Shown here piece after piece: positions 1 through 11,064 of a stretch of 64,000 nt of DNA. The notes beneath the pieces are model-generated. The model saw nothing but the letters and a program-made list of their open reading frames with translations. It was not told the origin of the DNA and ran no database searches. Numbering within the stretch: the first letter of the stretch is position 1; the number at the start of each line of letters is the position of its first letter. Position numbers and translations under genes: made by a program. This stretch comes from Bacteroidetes bacterium 37-13 (GTDB lineage: Bacteria; Bacteroidota; Bacteroidia; Chitinophagales; LD1), in the NCBI GenBank assembly GCA_001897535.1, contig MKTC01000031.1, positions 14,428 through 78,427 of the forward strand. The letters run 5' to 3'.

Positions 1-164
1 TGCTACATTTCACATCATTAATAATTTATCTCCACATAATGTTTCATCGGCATTATGCAATACTTATTTGTGTAACTAAAACTTGATCATAATGAAATAT
101 TCAAAATCCCATAAACTTACAATAATTACAATTTTTATTCTATTTCTATCTTGTAAGAAGGGAA

Positions 165-971
165 ATGAAATTATTGCAAGCAATAATTCCATTTGTGAGT
201 GGCAAAGTTAACAATGTCAATATTGAAATTGCTTCAAGAAGCCAAATTTCTTACCTCAATCATTTTGAAACAACAAGAGGATATGTAGGATTTAATATAA
301 ATGAAAATATTGGTTGTTCTGGAGACCCTATAAATAATTTTGAAGACTTTATATCTTTAAGTGGATTTACAAGCAACTCCTCTTTATTGGAAGATGATGT
401 AAAATATATTTCTGTAGGAAACTTAATTATTGCTGGCAATAGTGTGCCTATCAATGAAAAAAAGGTATATGAGTGGAAGCCTAATGGAGTTAATTTATCA
501 AACCTATATGGTAATGAGGTGAGTTTCTCAATTGATGGCAATACTAACTTTGGTTATCCTAAAACAGAAATTAGTATGTATATTCCTAAGTTATTGAATA
601 TTCAATATGCAAACTCTACCATAGATAGTTATTTGGAAATTTCACGTATTGGAAATTTTCAAATCAATTGGGATAGTGATAGTAAAAATGAGAATGGAGT
701 CTTGATTTTACTTCGACCGACTAGCTATCTTAGTAATGGAGTTCCCAATCCTGATAAGCCAGTTATTAACTCACCACAGAATGTAATACTTGCAATAGAT
801 GATGGTAATTATATTTTTAAGCAATCTGATTTTACAGGTTTTCCAAACGAAGTGCATTTACAAGTTTTAATTATGAGAGGAAACATCGCCATCGCCAACA
901 TTGATGGCTGCAAAACCAAATTCATGGTATATGAAGTTAATTTTCTTACTTGCTTGGGTTTAAAAAATTAG
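165..971 (+). CDS. hypothetical protein. It is probably the body of a lipoprotein whose signal peptide lies out of frame upstream (92..208).
   Basis: 268-aa ORF with no family motif I recognise. A 38-codon ORF at 92..208 (MKYSKSHKLTIITIFILFLSCKKGN...) encodes a lipobox signal peptide in another frame and overlaps the 5' end. Confidence 0.45.
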   Translation: MKLLQAIIPFVSGKVNNVNIEIASRSQISYLNHFETTRGYVGFNINENIGCSGDPINNFEDFISLSGFTSNSSLLEDDVKYISVGNLIIAGNSVPINEKKVYEWKPNGVNLSNLYGNEVSFSIDGNTNFGYPKTEISMYIPKLLNIQYANSTIDSYLEISRIGNFQINWDSDSKNENGVLILLRPTSYLSNGVPNPDKPVINSPQNVILAIDDGNYIFKQSDFTGFPNEVHLQVLIMRGNIAIANIDGCKTKFMVYEVNFLTCLGLKN

Positions 972-1255
972 TTATAGAAGGGTATTCTTTGTTCAGTTTT
1001 TTTTGGAAAGATAGTATTTGCATTTTGTATCCTAACTCCCCAAAAAAACATATTAAAAAGAAACATCCAAACAAGAAAAATTCCTTAGGATATTTGGTTT
1101 TTTCAAAAAACGCTTATCATTGCAGCACGTTAATCGTTCAAGAAAGAGACACCCGCTCCAAACTCTACTAATATTTAATGTATAAAACGCTCACAAACTA
1201 AGAGCCTAATTTCAGATTGATTTTTAATGCAATTTCCAAACTTAATTTATAGTTA

Positions 1256-2938
1256 ATGCACAACCTTCAGCAGTTGAATGAAATGATTTTGCCCGAATTA
1301 CACGAAGTGGCAGAGAAACTAAACATCAGCAATTTTTCATCTTTAGGAAAAGAAGAACTAATTCAAAAAATAATTACTTCGCAAGAAAGTGCAAAGCCGG
1401 AAGATGCTTCGGTACAAGAAAAGCCTAAGCGACCACGAGTTCGTAAAGTAACGAAAAAAGAAGTGGTAGAAGAAGGCGAAGCTGAAGCTGAAGCTACTGA
1501 AACGCCTGAAGCAGAACCAGTTCAACAAACATTGAATTTAGATGCGCCACAAGTAGAAGAAATAAAAGAACCAAAGCCAGAAAGAACCGAAGCAGCGCCA
1601 AGCAGAAGAAGAGAAGACCGCAGAGAAGTGAAACATACAGTAAGCGAAGTGAAGCGCAACGAAGAAGCAGGAGCAGAAAAGCAAGAAGAAAAAGCGGTAG
1701 AAAATACTGCTGAAAATGCACCTGAACAACAACAAGGCGAAAATGAACAACGCCAACATAAACACGAAAAATTTCAACAACGACCTAAGCAAGAATTTCG
1801 CCCGATTTTTAGCGTAGAAGCAGATGCTGTAATTGAAGGCGAAGGTGTATTGGAAATGATGCCCGATGGCTACGGTTTTTTGCGCAGCAGCGATTATCAA
1901 TATTTAAGTTCTCCTGATGATATTTATGTATCGCCTTCGCAAGTAAAATTGTTTGGGTTAAGAACAGGAGATACCGTACACGGCACCGTTCGCCCACCAA
2001 AAGAAGGAGAGAAGTATTTTGCACTTTTAAAAGTGGATTTGCTCAACGGAAAATCTCCTGGAGAAGTGCGCGACCGCGTTCAGTTCGATTTTCTTACACC
2101 ACTTTTTCCACAAGAGCGTTTTAGACTTTCTGATAGAAACAGCAACAACATGACATTGCGCATGATTGATTTGTTTTCGCCAATAGGAAAAGGGCAGCGC
2201 GGTATGATTGTGGCGCAACCCAAAACCGGTAAAACAACTATTTTAAAAGAAATAGCAAACGGTATTGCGGCAAACCATCCGGAAGCTTATTTGATTGTTT
2301 TGCTTATTGATGAACGCCCGGAAGAGGTTACCGATATGGAGCGCAGTGTACGCGCAGAAGTAGTTGCTTCTACTTTTGATGAACCTGCCGATAAACACGT
2401 GAAAATTGCCAACATGGTTTTGCAAAAATCGAAGCGATTGGTGGAGTGCGGACACGATGTGGTAATTGTTTTAGACTCTATTACAAGGCTTGCAAGAGCT
2501 TACAACACTGTTGCTCCGGCATCAGGAAAAGTACTTAGCGGTGGTGTGGAGGCAAATGCTTTGCAAAAGCCTAAACAGTTTTTTGGTGCTGCCAGAAAAA
2601 TTGAAAATGGAGGCTCTCTTACCATTATCGCTACTGCTTTAATTGACACAGGTTCCAGAATGGACGAAGTGATTTTTGAAGAATTTAAAGGAACGGGAAA
2701 TATGGAATTACAGTTAGATAGAAGACTTGCCAATAAACGTATTTATCCTGCTATTGATGTGGTTTCTTCAAGTACAAGAAGAGATGATTTATTGCTCGAC
2801 CGCGATGTAATGCAACGCATGTGGGTACTGCGTAAGCACTTAGGCGATATGAATGCAGAAGAAAGCATGACTTTCTTGCTTCAACAAATGAAGGGAACAA
2901 AGAGCAACGAAGAGTTTCTAATTGGAATGAACGGATAA
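1256..2938 (+). CDS. rho: transcription termination factor Rho with a long charged N-terminal insertion
   Basis: Carries the Rho RNA-binding domain ([10 protein letters not shown]), Walker A (AQPKTGKTT), [16 protein letters not shown] and the C-terminal RIYPAIDV motif. About 140 extra E/K/R/Q-rich residues follow the N-terminal helix bundle. Confidence 0.97.
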   Translation: MHNLQQLNEMILPELHEVAEKLNISNFSSLGKEELIQKIITSQESAKPEDASVQEKPKRPRVRKVTKKEVVEEGEAEAEATETPEAEPVQQTLNLDAPQVEEIKEPKPERTEAAPSRRREDRREVKHTVSEVKRNEEAGAEKQEEKAVENTAENAPEQQQGENEQRQHKHEKFQQRPKQEFRPIFSVEADAVIEGEGVLEMMPDGYGFLRSSDYQYLSSPDDIYVSPSQVKLFGLRTGDTVHGTVRPPKEGEKYFALLKVDLLNGKSPGEVRDRVQFDFLTPLFPQERFRLSDRNSNNMTLRMIDLFSPIGKGQRGMIVAQPKTGKTTILKEIANGIAANHPEAYLIVLLIDERPEEVTDMERSVRAEVVASTFDEPADKHVKIANMVLQKSKRLVECGHDVVIVLDSITRLARAYNTVAPASGKVLSGGVEANALQKPKQFFGAARKIENGGSLTIIATALIDTGSRMDEVIFEEFKGTGNMELQLDRRLANKRIYPAIDVVSSSTRRDDLLLDRDVMQRMWVLRKHLGDMNAEESMTFLLQQMKGTKSNEEFLIGMNG

Positions 2939-2961
2939 TTTCCAGCTCAGAAGCCTTTCGT

Positions 2962-4314
2962 TCATTTTAATAAAACACTTTGATATCTGCCCGGCTCTAA
3001 AGCGATTTTTAGTGATTTAGTACTTTCAGTTTTTAATGATTTTGTTGGTTTGTAAATAACCAAATAATTGCTTGGCTGCAGTTGTAATTGTTTTACATCG
3101 CTAAGCACAAATTGTGTTGTTAGTTGTTTTTCTTTTTCTGCAATCACACTCACAGAAAAAGCCTCTAAAGAACTTAATGATAAAGTAGCAAACGCAGGAA
3201 TGTCAATATTCTTTGTAGCGCTTGCTGCAAGATAAGTTTTAGGCAAAATCGTGTTGGGCAAAGTGGTGGCTTCAGTTTCGTAAACACCTGTGAGATATTG
3301 TTTGGTTTCGCCTGTATTTTGCTGTGCTAATATTTTGCCATTGCTGTGCAAAACCAGCGACATATCGCTTGGTGTATTTCCACTTACATTGATGTTGCCC
3401 AAAGGCACATCTACTGCAATAATATTATGTTTGCCAACAGTAAGTTCAATATCGTTTTTTCTAACCGGAGGTGTTGAATAAACTACAATATCGTAAGTGC
3501 CAACAGGGCTTAAAAACAGCGTATCAGCATTGCCTTTTGCATCTTGCTTATGCACGAAATTATAGAGAATTTTCCCGCTGCTGTGATCTAAAAGCGAGAA
3601 AGGAATATTGGTAATGGTTGCGTTGCCGTTTTGGTCTAATAAATTTACTTGTGTGGTGGTGGTATTGAGCGTTTGCTTAATAATTACACCAATTGTATTG
3701 CTAAAAGATTGCTCATCGTTGGGCGTGAAAACCGTGCCTAAACAATTGAATTTTTCGGCAATTTGTATGGGTAAATTTATGCCTACAATAAATGGTTTTA
3801 AAGCAATTCTTTTTGCTGAAAGTAGCTTGGCTGCTTCACAAGGATTGCCATTGCAATTTTCTTCACCATCAGAAATTAAAATAATGGAATTGAGCGCTTT
3901 TTCATCAGTAGGAAAATCGCTTACACATTCAGCAATTGAATAGGTAATCGGTGTCATACCTTTTGGTGAAATTTTGTCTAAAGCAGCTTTAATTTTTGTA
4001 GTGTTATTTTGTGCAAACGGCACTAATAATTTTGAATCGGTACAGTTTTTTTGTTCGCGCGAAAACTGAAAACCAAAAGCTCTCACTGCAAATTCAACAT
4101 GTGGATTTTTTTGTTCTACAGAATCAATTAAACGCACTAAAAGTTTCTTTGCAGTTTCAAAGCGAGTTTCGTTATTCCAGTCTGTTTTCATGCTGCCCGA
4201 AACATCTAAAAGAAATAAAACTCGATTCACTTTTGGTGAAAATTTCGGCACGTTTTGTCCTTTGGTTTCAAACAAAAAAAACAACAGAAAAAGTAAAAAA
4301 TAAATGCTGCGCAT
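2962..4314 (-). CDS. secreted von Willebrand factor type A (VWA) domain protein
   Basis: N-terminal signal peptide followed by the MIDAS motif LFLLDVSGSM. A beta-rich C-terminal region follows. Confidence 0.85.
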   Translation of the reverse strand: MRSIYFLLFLLFFLFETKGQNVPKFSPKVNRVLFLLDVSGSMKTDWNNETRFETAKKLLVRLIDSVEQKNPHVEFAVRAFGFQFSREQKNCTDSKLLVPFAQNNTTKIKAALDKISPKGMTPITYSIAECVSDFPTDEKALNSIILISDGEENCNGNPCEAAKLLSAKRIALKPFIVGINLPIQIAEKFNCLGTVFTPNDEQSFSNTIGVIIKQTLNTTTTQVNLLDQNGNATITNIPFSLLDHSSGKILYNFVHKQDAKGNADTLFLSPVGTYDIVVYSTPPVRKNDIELTVGKHNIIAVDVPLGNINVSGNTPSDMSLVLHSNGKILAQQNTGETKQYLTGVYETEATTLPNTILPKTYLAASATKNIDIPAFATLSLSSLEAFSVSVIAEKEKQLTTQFVLSDVKQLQLQPSNYLVIYKPTKSLKTESTKSLKIALEPGRYQSVLLK

Positions 4315-4356
4315 CGCCTCTAAAGTATCAATAAAAACACTTTGCTGCTAAATAGT

Positions 4357-5508
4357 TTACAACTGTTTGTCGCTATCTTGTGCAAAAGCAATTAAAGCAT
4401 CGCGAACATTTTTTAGCGATTGCGGTTCAATCATTCCAACCTTATCTAAGCGAGTGTGATAAGTTGGGTCTAACTTTTTAGTGTTTAATCCAATAATTGA
4501 AATAGACGAAATATTGTTTTGGCTAAATGGAACAGCATCAGTTCCTCCCATATTTAATGCATTAATTTGGCAAGGAAATTTTAGTTTGTCGAATGCAGAT
4601 TTTATGCCATTCACCAAATTAGAATCGTGCGTTACACCAATCATCGCTTCTTTGTTCACTACCGAAATTTCGTTGGTTAATCTTATCGTGTCAATATTCA
4701 CCAATTTGCTGTTTTCTGCTTTCAGTTGTTCAAGATTTGCAGCTACATAAGCTTTAGAACCTCTCAGTCCTTTTTCTTCGGAACCAAAGCTAATAAAGCG
4801 AATGCGCGTGTGCTTTAAAGGGTTTTGATGAAAGTGTTTTAATAAGTGAAATGAAATAGAAATGCCACTTAAATTATCGGCAGCACCATCAACCACACGC
4901 TTGGAATGGAAAGTGAAATATACTAATTGCAGTGGGCTAAGCAACACGAAAAACCAATTTAATGGTGCGAATAAATTTTTGCTGAAGGCCAATAAAAAGA
5001 AGACTTCTAAAGTAGAATAAACAGCAAAAAGCACAATTAAAATTCCGCAAATAAAAGTGAGATAACCGCCTAATTGTTTCAGCCAAAACCACCATTGACA
5101 TTCTTCTGTCGAATCAATGTGTCCGGAAAAAATAATTGTTTGTTTAGCTTCTTCTTTTGGTTCAATTGTTGCAGTAACATTGCTCGATTTTAGTAATGGA
5201 AAAAATGAATCTAATAATGTTCCATTTCGCATTAAATCATTGATGGTAATTACTGCATTCACTAATGCTAAAATCCAAGCTATAATTGGATTCCAGAAGA
5301 AAAGTGCCACACTAAGCCAATAAAGTGCTGCATAAATTTTCATCTTACGAAATTTTGCTGTAAGCGGAGCTTCAAATTCTTGTTGCTTTACGTTTGAGGC
5401 AAACTTTTCTAACTCATTTTTTACAAATAATTGCGCCCCGGCTTCAGCTTTGCTGCCTGCTAAGCGAGGTCCAAATTGTTTTACTATTTCTGCAATAAAA
5501 TCTATCAC
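4357..5508 (-). CDS. M28 family zinc peptidase with internal transmembrane segments
   Basis: M28 metal-ligand motifs FSGHIDS and FISFGSEEKGLRGS. Several hydrophobic helices are inserted between them. Confidence 0.8.
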   Translation of the reverse strand: MIDFIAEIVKQFGPRLAGSKAEAGAQLFVKNELEKFASNVKQQEFEAPLTAKFRKMKIYAALYWLSVALFFWNPIIAWILALVNAVITINDLMRNGTLLDSFFPLLKSSNVTATIEPKEEAKQTIIFSGHIDSTEECQWWFWLKQLGGYLTFICGILIVLFAVYSTLEVFFLLAFSKNLFAPLNWFFVLLSPLQLVYFTFHSKRVVDGAADNLSGISISFHLLKHFHQNPLKHTRIRFISFGSEEKGLRGSKAYVAANLEQLKAENSKLVNIDTIRLTNEISVVNKEAMIGVTHDSNLVNGIKSAFDKLKFPCQINALNMGGTDAVPFSQNNISSISIIGLNTKKLDPTYHTRLDKVGMIEPQSLKNVRDALIAFAQDSDKQL

Positions 5509-5951
5509 GGTTTATATTTTTGAATGGTGTTGTAAATTATTTCCAAACCAATTCCGAAAAGCATCCAGAATGGTGTATATGCAAGGTTAATATAGCCATG
5601 AACGGCATACGGACTGTGATATTCCCAAGGGCATTTTCCGGTGAGCATATCTAAAAGCCAACCGGTAATATATTCAACTATAAAAATGCCAATAGGATAA
5701 AAAAACAGCCTGATGAAAAAATTAAATTTGCGAAAATATGGCATGAGCCAATCCAAAAAAAATGCAGCACTTCCATAAATGGGAAACATCCAGACATACG
5801 AATGTCCGCTTAGCCCCCAATCTGGAATTCCGCCATCGCTGTAGGCAAAATACAGATTGTAAAAAGCGGTGAAGAAAATTTCTATGCACACACCTGTTAC
5901 GCCAAACAGAAAAAAACCAAAAATCTTTTTGGGAATGAATATTTTATCCAT
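5505..5951 (-). CDS. small polytopic membrane protein (CmpB / putative ABC-transporter type IV-like family)
   Basis: 148 aa with 4-5 predicted TM helices and the motif GKCPWEY. It overlaps the downstream M28 gene by 4 nt. The family assignment is from memory only. Confidence 0.55.
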   Translation of the reverse strand: MDKIFIPKKIFGFFLFGVTGVCIEIFFTAFYNLYFAYSDGGIPDWGLSGHSYVWMFPIYGSAAFFLDWLMPYFRKFNFFIRLFFYPIGIFIVEYITGWLLDMLTGKCPWEYHSPYAVHGYINLAYTPFWMLFGIGLEIIYNTIQKYKP

Positions 5952-6097
5952 TCCGTAAACTTATCATTTTGTTTAAAATTGAAACCTAAATTCGCAGAGG
6001 AAATTTTATTTGTGCCACACTTTCTTTCAAAAATTACAAAAAGCATATAAAGGCATACAAAAAATTTAAACAAAGTTCGGCATCACAGCACAAAGGC

Positions 6098-6105
6098 TAT
6101 CTTTG
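6098..6105 (+). promoter_or_regulatory. candidate Bacteroidota -7 promoter box (TATCTTTG)
   Basis: Matches TAnnTTTG and ends 20 nt upstream of the ATG at 6125. Confidence 0.35.
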
Positions 6106-6124
6106 AGGCGTTTAAAAATAATTC

Positions 6125-6967
6125 ATGAACATTAAGCAGATTATACTTGTTAGTGTGGCGGTGGTAGCACTTATTGGTTTTTTCCTTTTTGGGAAAACAA
6201 AAAGTACTAAAAAAAATGTTGAAGCTAAAGCTCCTGCATCGCAAGAAGAGGTTTTTGATATTCAACAATATCTAAAACTAGCCAAACAAAATTTAAAATC
6301 TAAAGACACTTTGACTTTAATTGAAAATGCAGAAAACGCTTTTAAAGTTGCATCCGAAAGCACAGCAAAACAAGCAGCAGCAGAAAACTTGGCTGCGTTG
6401 CTAGTTTCAGCCGGAGATCCACTTAGCAGCGCTTATTATTACAATGAAGCTGCTAAACTTGGTAATTCAGCTGCGCTTTGGCATGGTTCCGGAGAAAACT
6501 TTTTAGCACTTGCACATAGTATTTCTGCTCCTACAACCCAAAGCTATTTATTTGATGCTGCTATCAACGCTTTTCAAAAAGCAGCAGATGCAGAGCCAAA
6601 TAATTTAAACCATAAAGTGAAATTAGGCGCAGCGTATGTGGAACAAGGAACAAACCCAATGCAAGGTGTAACCATGCTTTTAGACGTTGCCAAGCAAGAT
6701 TCAACCAATATTGATGCGCAATTTACACTCGGAAAATTTAGTATGGTGAGCGGTCAATTTGAAAAAGCTATCAATAGATTGGAAAAAGTATTACATTCGC
6801 AGCCCCAAAATTCCGAAGCGCTTTTCTTAATTGCGGAAGCGTATAGGAATATGGGAAACATTTCTAAGGCAGTGGAATATTTTGAAAAGTGTAAGCAGCA
6901 GATTGATAATGAAGCTATACGGATTGAAATAGATCGCTACATAGAAGAGACTAAAAATATTAAATAA
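6125..6967 (+). CDS. membrane-anchored tetratricopeptide (TPR) repeat protein
   Basis: N-terminal TM anchor followed by Ala/Leu/Tyr-rich ~34-residue helical repeats (e.g. ALFLIAEAYRNMGNISKAVEYFEK). Confidence 0.8.
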   Translation: MNIKQIILVSVAVVALIGFFLFGKTKSTKKNVEAKAPASQEEVFDIQQYLKLAKQNLKSKDTLTLIENAENAFKVASESTAKQAAAENLAALLVSAGDPLSSAYYYNEAAKLGNSAALWHGSGENFLALAHSISAPTTQSYLFDAAINAFQKAADAEPNNLNHKVKLGAAYVEQGTNPMQGVTMLLDVAKQDSTNIDAQFTLGKFSMVSGQFEKAINRLEKVLHSQPQNSEALFLIAEAYRNMGNISKAVEYFEKCKQQIDNEAIRIEIDRYIEETKNIK

Positions 6968-6997
6968 TAAATTTTTTTAACTTAAACAAAGCGAATT

Positions 6998-7087
6998 ATG
7001 CCTTGCGGAAAAAAACGTAAACGTCACAAAATTGCTACACACAAGCGTAAAAAGCGCTTGCGCAAGAACCGTCATAAGAAGAAGTAA
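6998..7087 (+). CDS. 29-aa highly basic micro-protein, bS22 / mS38 (AURKAIP1-COX24)-like candidate ribosomal protein
   Basis: ATG..TAA reads MPCGKKRKRHKIATHKRKKRLRKNRHKKK. It is below the ORF-track length cut-off. The KKRKRHK-x-x-x-HKRKKRLRK pattern resembles mycobacterial bS22. Confidence 0.6.
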   Translation: MPCGKKRKRHKIATHKRKKRLRKNRHKKK

Positions 7088-7140
7088 TACGTTGTAATTA
7101 CTAATTTATTTAGCCTATTTAAGTTGGTAATTACAATGTA
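7088..7140 (+). promoter_or_regulatory. long stem-loop immediately after the micro-ORF stop codon
   Basis: tacgttgtaattac (7088-7101) pairs with gtaattacaatgta (7127-7140). That gives 14 bp including one G-U and a 25-nt loop. No U-tract follows. Confidence 0.4.
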
Positions 7141-7231
7141 CTTCATCCTGCCTTATTGTTATTTCCTGTAATTGATTTCGCACTATTGCGAGTATTGATA
7201 ACCGGAGGTGTTTGCAATCTTATTTGGTTTT

Positions 7232-7262
7232 ACATGCAAAAAGTATCTAATTTTTTGCATGT
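7232..7262 (+). promoter_or_regulatory. perfect 11-bp stem-loop in the rng leader
   Basis: acatgcaaaaa (7232-7242) and tttttgcatgt (7252-7262) with a 9-nt loop. It lies 48 nt upstream of the rng GTG start. Confidence 0.45.
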
Positions 7263-7309
7263 AAATACTTTGTGTATGTAAGTGTTGCATCTCCCAAACG
7301 TGATAATTT

Positions 7310-8854
7310 GTGAATAAAGAACTTATTGTAAGTACCTCACCAGAAGGTACTGATGTTGCTATATTAGAAGATAAGCAACTGATAGAGCTTCACCAAGAAC
7401 GCCTGACAAACAGGTTTAATGTTGGAGATATTTATTTGGGCAAAATTAAAAAAGTTATGCCCGGGCTAAATGCTGCTTTTATTGATGTGGGCTACGAAAA
7501 AGATGCCTTTATTCATTACACAGATTTAAGTCCAACCATTCGTTCCTTAATGAAATTTACGGCTCACACCATTGCCGGTTCTCACGATGGAACGCTAAAT
7601 AATTTTTCAATAGAACCTGAAATTCAAAAAACAGGAAACGTAAAAGAAGTTTTGCCTGGGAAAAATTATTTGCTGGTTCAAATTTTAAAAGAACCAATTT
7701 CTACCAAAGGTCCACGCTTAACTTGCGAAATTTCTATTGCCGGAAGATATTTGGTGCTTACGCCATTTAACGATGTGGTAGGCGTTTCAAAAAAGATTGA
7801 CAGCAATGACGAACGCAAGCGCCTGAAAGGAATTGTGGAAGCTATGAAGCCTAAAAACTTTGGCGTAATTATTAGAACACAAGCAGAAGGAAAACAAACC
7901 ATTGCCATTCAAGAAGATTTGAAAATGCTGATTGAAAAATGGAAGGAAATGGTGAACAATTTGCGTGGTGCGCAGCCAGTAAAGAAAGTGCTGAGCGAAG
8001 TGGATAAAACCACAGGGATTTTACGCGATTTGCTTAATCCTGATTTCAACAAAGTGGTAACCGATAGTTCAAGCCTTTCTACAGAACTTGAAGAATATAT
8101 TGAACGCATCGCTCCCGAAAGAAAAAATATTGTTTCCTATTACAATGGCAAGCAGCCTATTTTCGACCATTTCGGCATTACAAAGCAAATTAAAAGTTCG
8201 TTTGGCAGAACCGTAAATATGCCAAACGGCAGCTATTTAATTATTGAAAAAACCGAAGCCCTGCACGTAATTGATGTAAATAGCGGCAACAGAAGTATTG
8301 GCGAAGGAAACCAAGAAACAAATGCGCTAAATACCAATATTGAAGCAGCAAAAGAGATTGCACGCCAACTGCGATTGCGCGATATGGGAGGAATAATTGT
8401 GATTGATTTTATTGACATGAAAACCTCCGAAAACAAACAGGAACTTTATCAGGCAATGCGCGATTTTATGGGCGGAGACCGAGCCACGCATACGATTCTG
8501 CCACTTTCGCGCTTCAACATTATGCAAATAACGCGCGAAAGAGTGCGTCCCGAAATAAACATCAGCACTACCGAGGTTTGCCCTACTTGCGCAGGCACAG
8601 GCGCTATTCAATCTTCGCTATTGCTTTTAGATGAAATTGAAGCAAACCTTCAAGTAATTGTGGAGACACATAATGCTTTAAAACTCTATGTTCATCCAAT
8701 AGTTGAAGCCTATTTAAAGAAAGGTTTCCCTTCCATAAGAATGAAATGGTGGTGGAAATATCGTGTTTACGTGAAAATATACAGCAACGAATCGCTGGCG
8801 TTTATGAATTATCAGTTTTTTGATGAAAACGATGATGAAGTAAAAACAGATTGA
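7310..8854 (+). CDS. rng: ribonuclease E/G family endoribonuclease (RNase G-like)
   Basis: S1 domain (GDIYLGKIKKVMPGLNAAFIDVG), catalytic core (HVIDVNSG, DMGGIIVIDFIDM) and CPTCAGTG zinc-link motif. GTG start. Confidence 0.9.
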   Translation: MNKELIVSTSPEGTDVAILEDKQLIELHQERLTNRFNVGDIYLGKIKKVMPGLNAAFIDVGYEKDAFIHYTDLSPTIRSLMKFTAHTIAGSHDGTLNNFSIEPEIQKTGNVKEVLPGKNYLLVQILKEPISTKGPRLTCEISIAGRYLVLTPFNDVVGVSKKIDSNDERKRLKGIVEAMKPKNFGVIIRTQAEGKQTIAIQEDLKMLIEKWKEMVNNLRGAQPVKKVLSEVDKTTGILRDLLNPDFNKVVTDSSSLSTELEEYIERIAPERKNIVSYYNGKQPIFDHFGITKQIKSSFGRTVNMPNGSYLIIEKTEALHVIDVNSGNRSIGEGNQETNALNTNIEAAKEIARQLRLRDMGGIIVIDFIDMKTSENKQELYQAMRDFMGGDRATHTILPLSRFNIMQITRERVRPEINISTTEVCPTCAGTGAIQSSLLLLDEIEANLQVIVETHNALKLYVHPIVEAYLKKGFPSIRMKWWWKYRVYVKIYSNESLAFMNYQFFDENDDEVKTD

Positions 8855-9001
8855 GCCTTTTGCCAAATTGTCGCAATTTCTTAAAGTAAACTGTCAAGTA
8901 GCCTTTGGTAACTGCCAAAAACTGTATTTTTTAAAATTGGCACACAATTCGATAACAACAAGACAAAATTTTATTGTTTAACTAAAAAAACATCATAAGT
9001 T

Positions 9002-9280
9002 ATGGCAAGCGTAAAAGTAAAGCCTTTACAAGACAGAGTGCTGGTGAAACCGGCAGATGCAGAAACAAAAACAGCAGGTGGAATTATTATACCTGATAGT
9101 GCAAAAGAAAAACCTCAACGCGGAACAGTAGTAGCAGCAGGTCCGGGAAAAAAAGATGAGCCAACTTCAGTAAAAGCAGGCGACACTATTCTTTACGGAA
9201 AATACAGCGGTACCGAAATCCAAATTGATGGAGAAGATTATTTAATCATGCGCGAAAGCGACATTTTTGCTATTCTATAA
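9002..9280 (+). CDS. groES: co-chaperonin GroES
   Basis: 92 aa with [10 protein letters not shown]...[14 protein letters not shown], directly upstream of groEL. Confidence 0.98.
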   Translation: MASVKVKPLQDRVLVKPADAETKTAGGIIIPDSAKEKPQRGTVVAAGPGKKDEPTSVKAGDTILYGKYSGTEIQIDGEDYLIMRESDIFAIL

Positions 9281-9341
9281 ATAGCAATTTTAAATCCGCT
9301 AACACACATAAATTTTCAATCAAAAGAATTTTAAATTTTAA

Positions 9342-10985
<1,644 letters not shown>

Positions 10986-11018
10986 TAGTTTTCAAACCAA
11001 AAGTTGTTTACCAAAAGC

Positions 11019-11055
11019 AAGCCTCGTTAGCATTATTGTTAGCGAGGCTTTTTTG
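11019..11055 (+). terminator. intrinsic terminator after groEL
   Basis: 14-bp stem aagcctcgttagca / tgttagcgaggctt (two G-U pairs) with a 4-nt loop, followed by TTTTT. Confidence 0.8.
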
Positions 11056-11064
11056 ATACGAGTA

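Noticed and set aside
950-1171. 73-aa ORF in the rho upstream region
   Set aside because: It overlaps the end of the preceding gene. Its product is Lys-rich and low-complexity with no motif or signal, and the region is more likely the rho leader.
1494-2024. Three antisense ORFs (75, 120 and 71 aa) opposite rho
   Set aside because: They overlap the GA/AG-rich low-complexity insertion of rho. Their translations are Leu/Phe-rich nonsense typical of the reverse strand of a charged region. rho itself is unambiguous.
8938-8954. Sigma-54-like TGGCAC-N5 element upstream of groES
   Set aside because: The -24 half matches (TGGCAC) but the -12 position reads TCGA rather than TTGC. Without the GC of the -12 element it is most likely a chance match.
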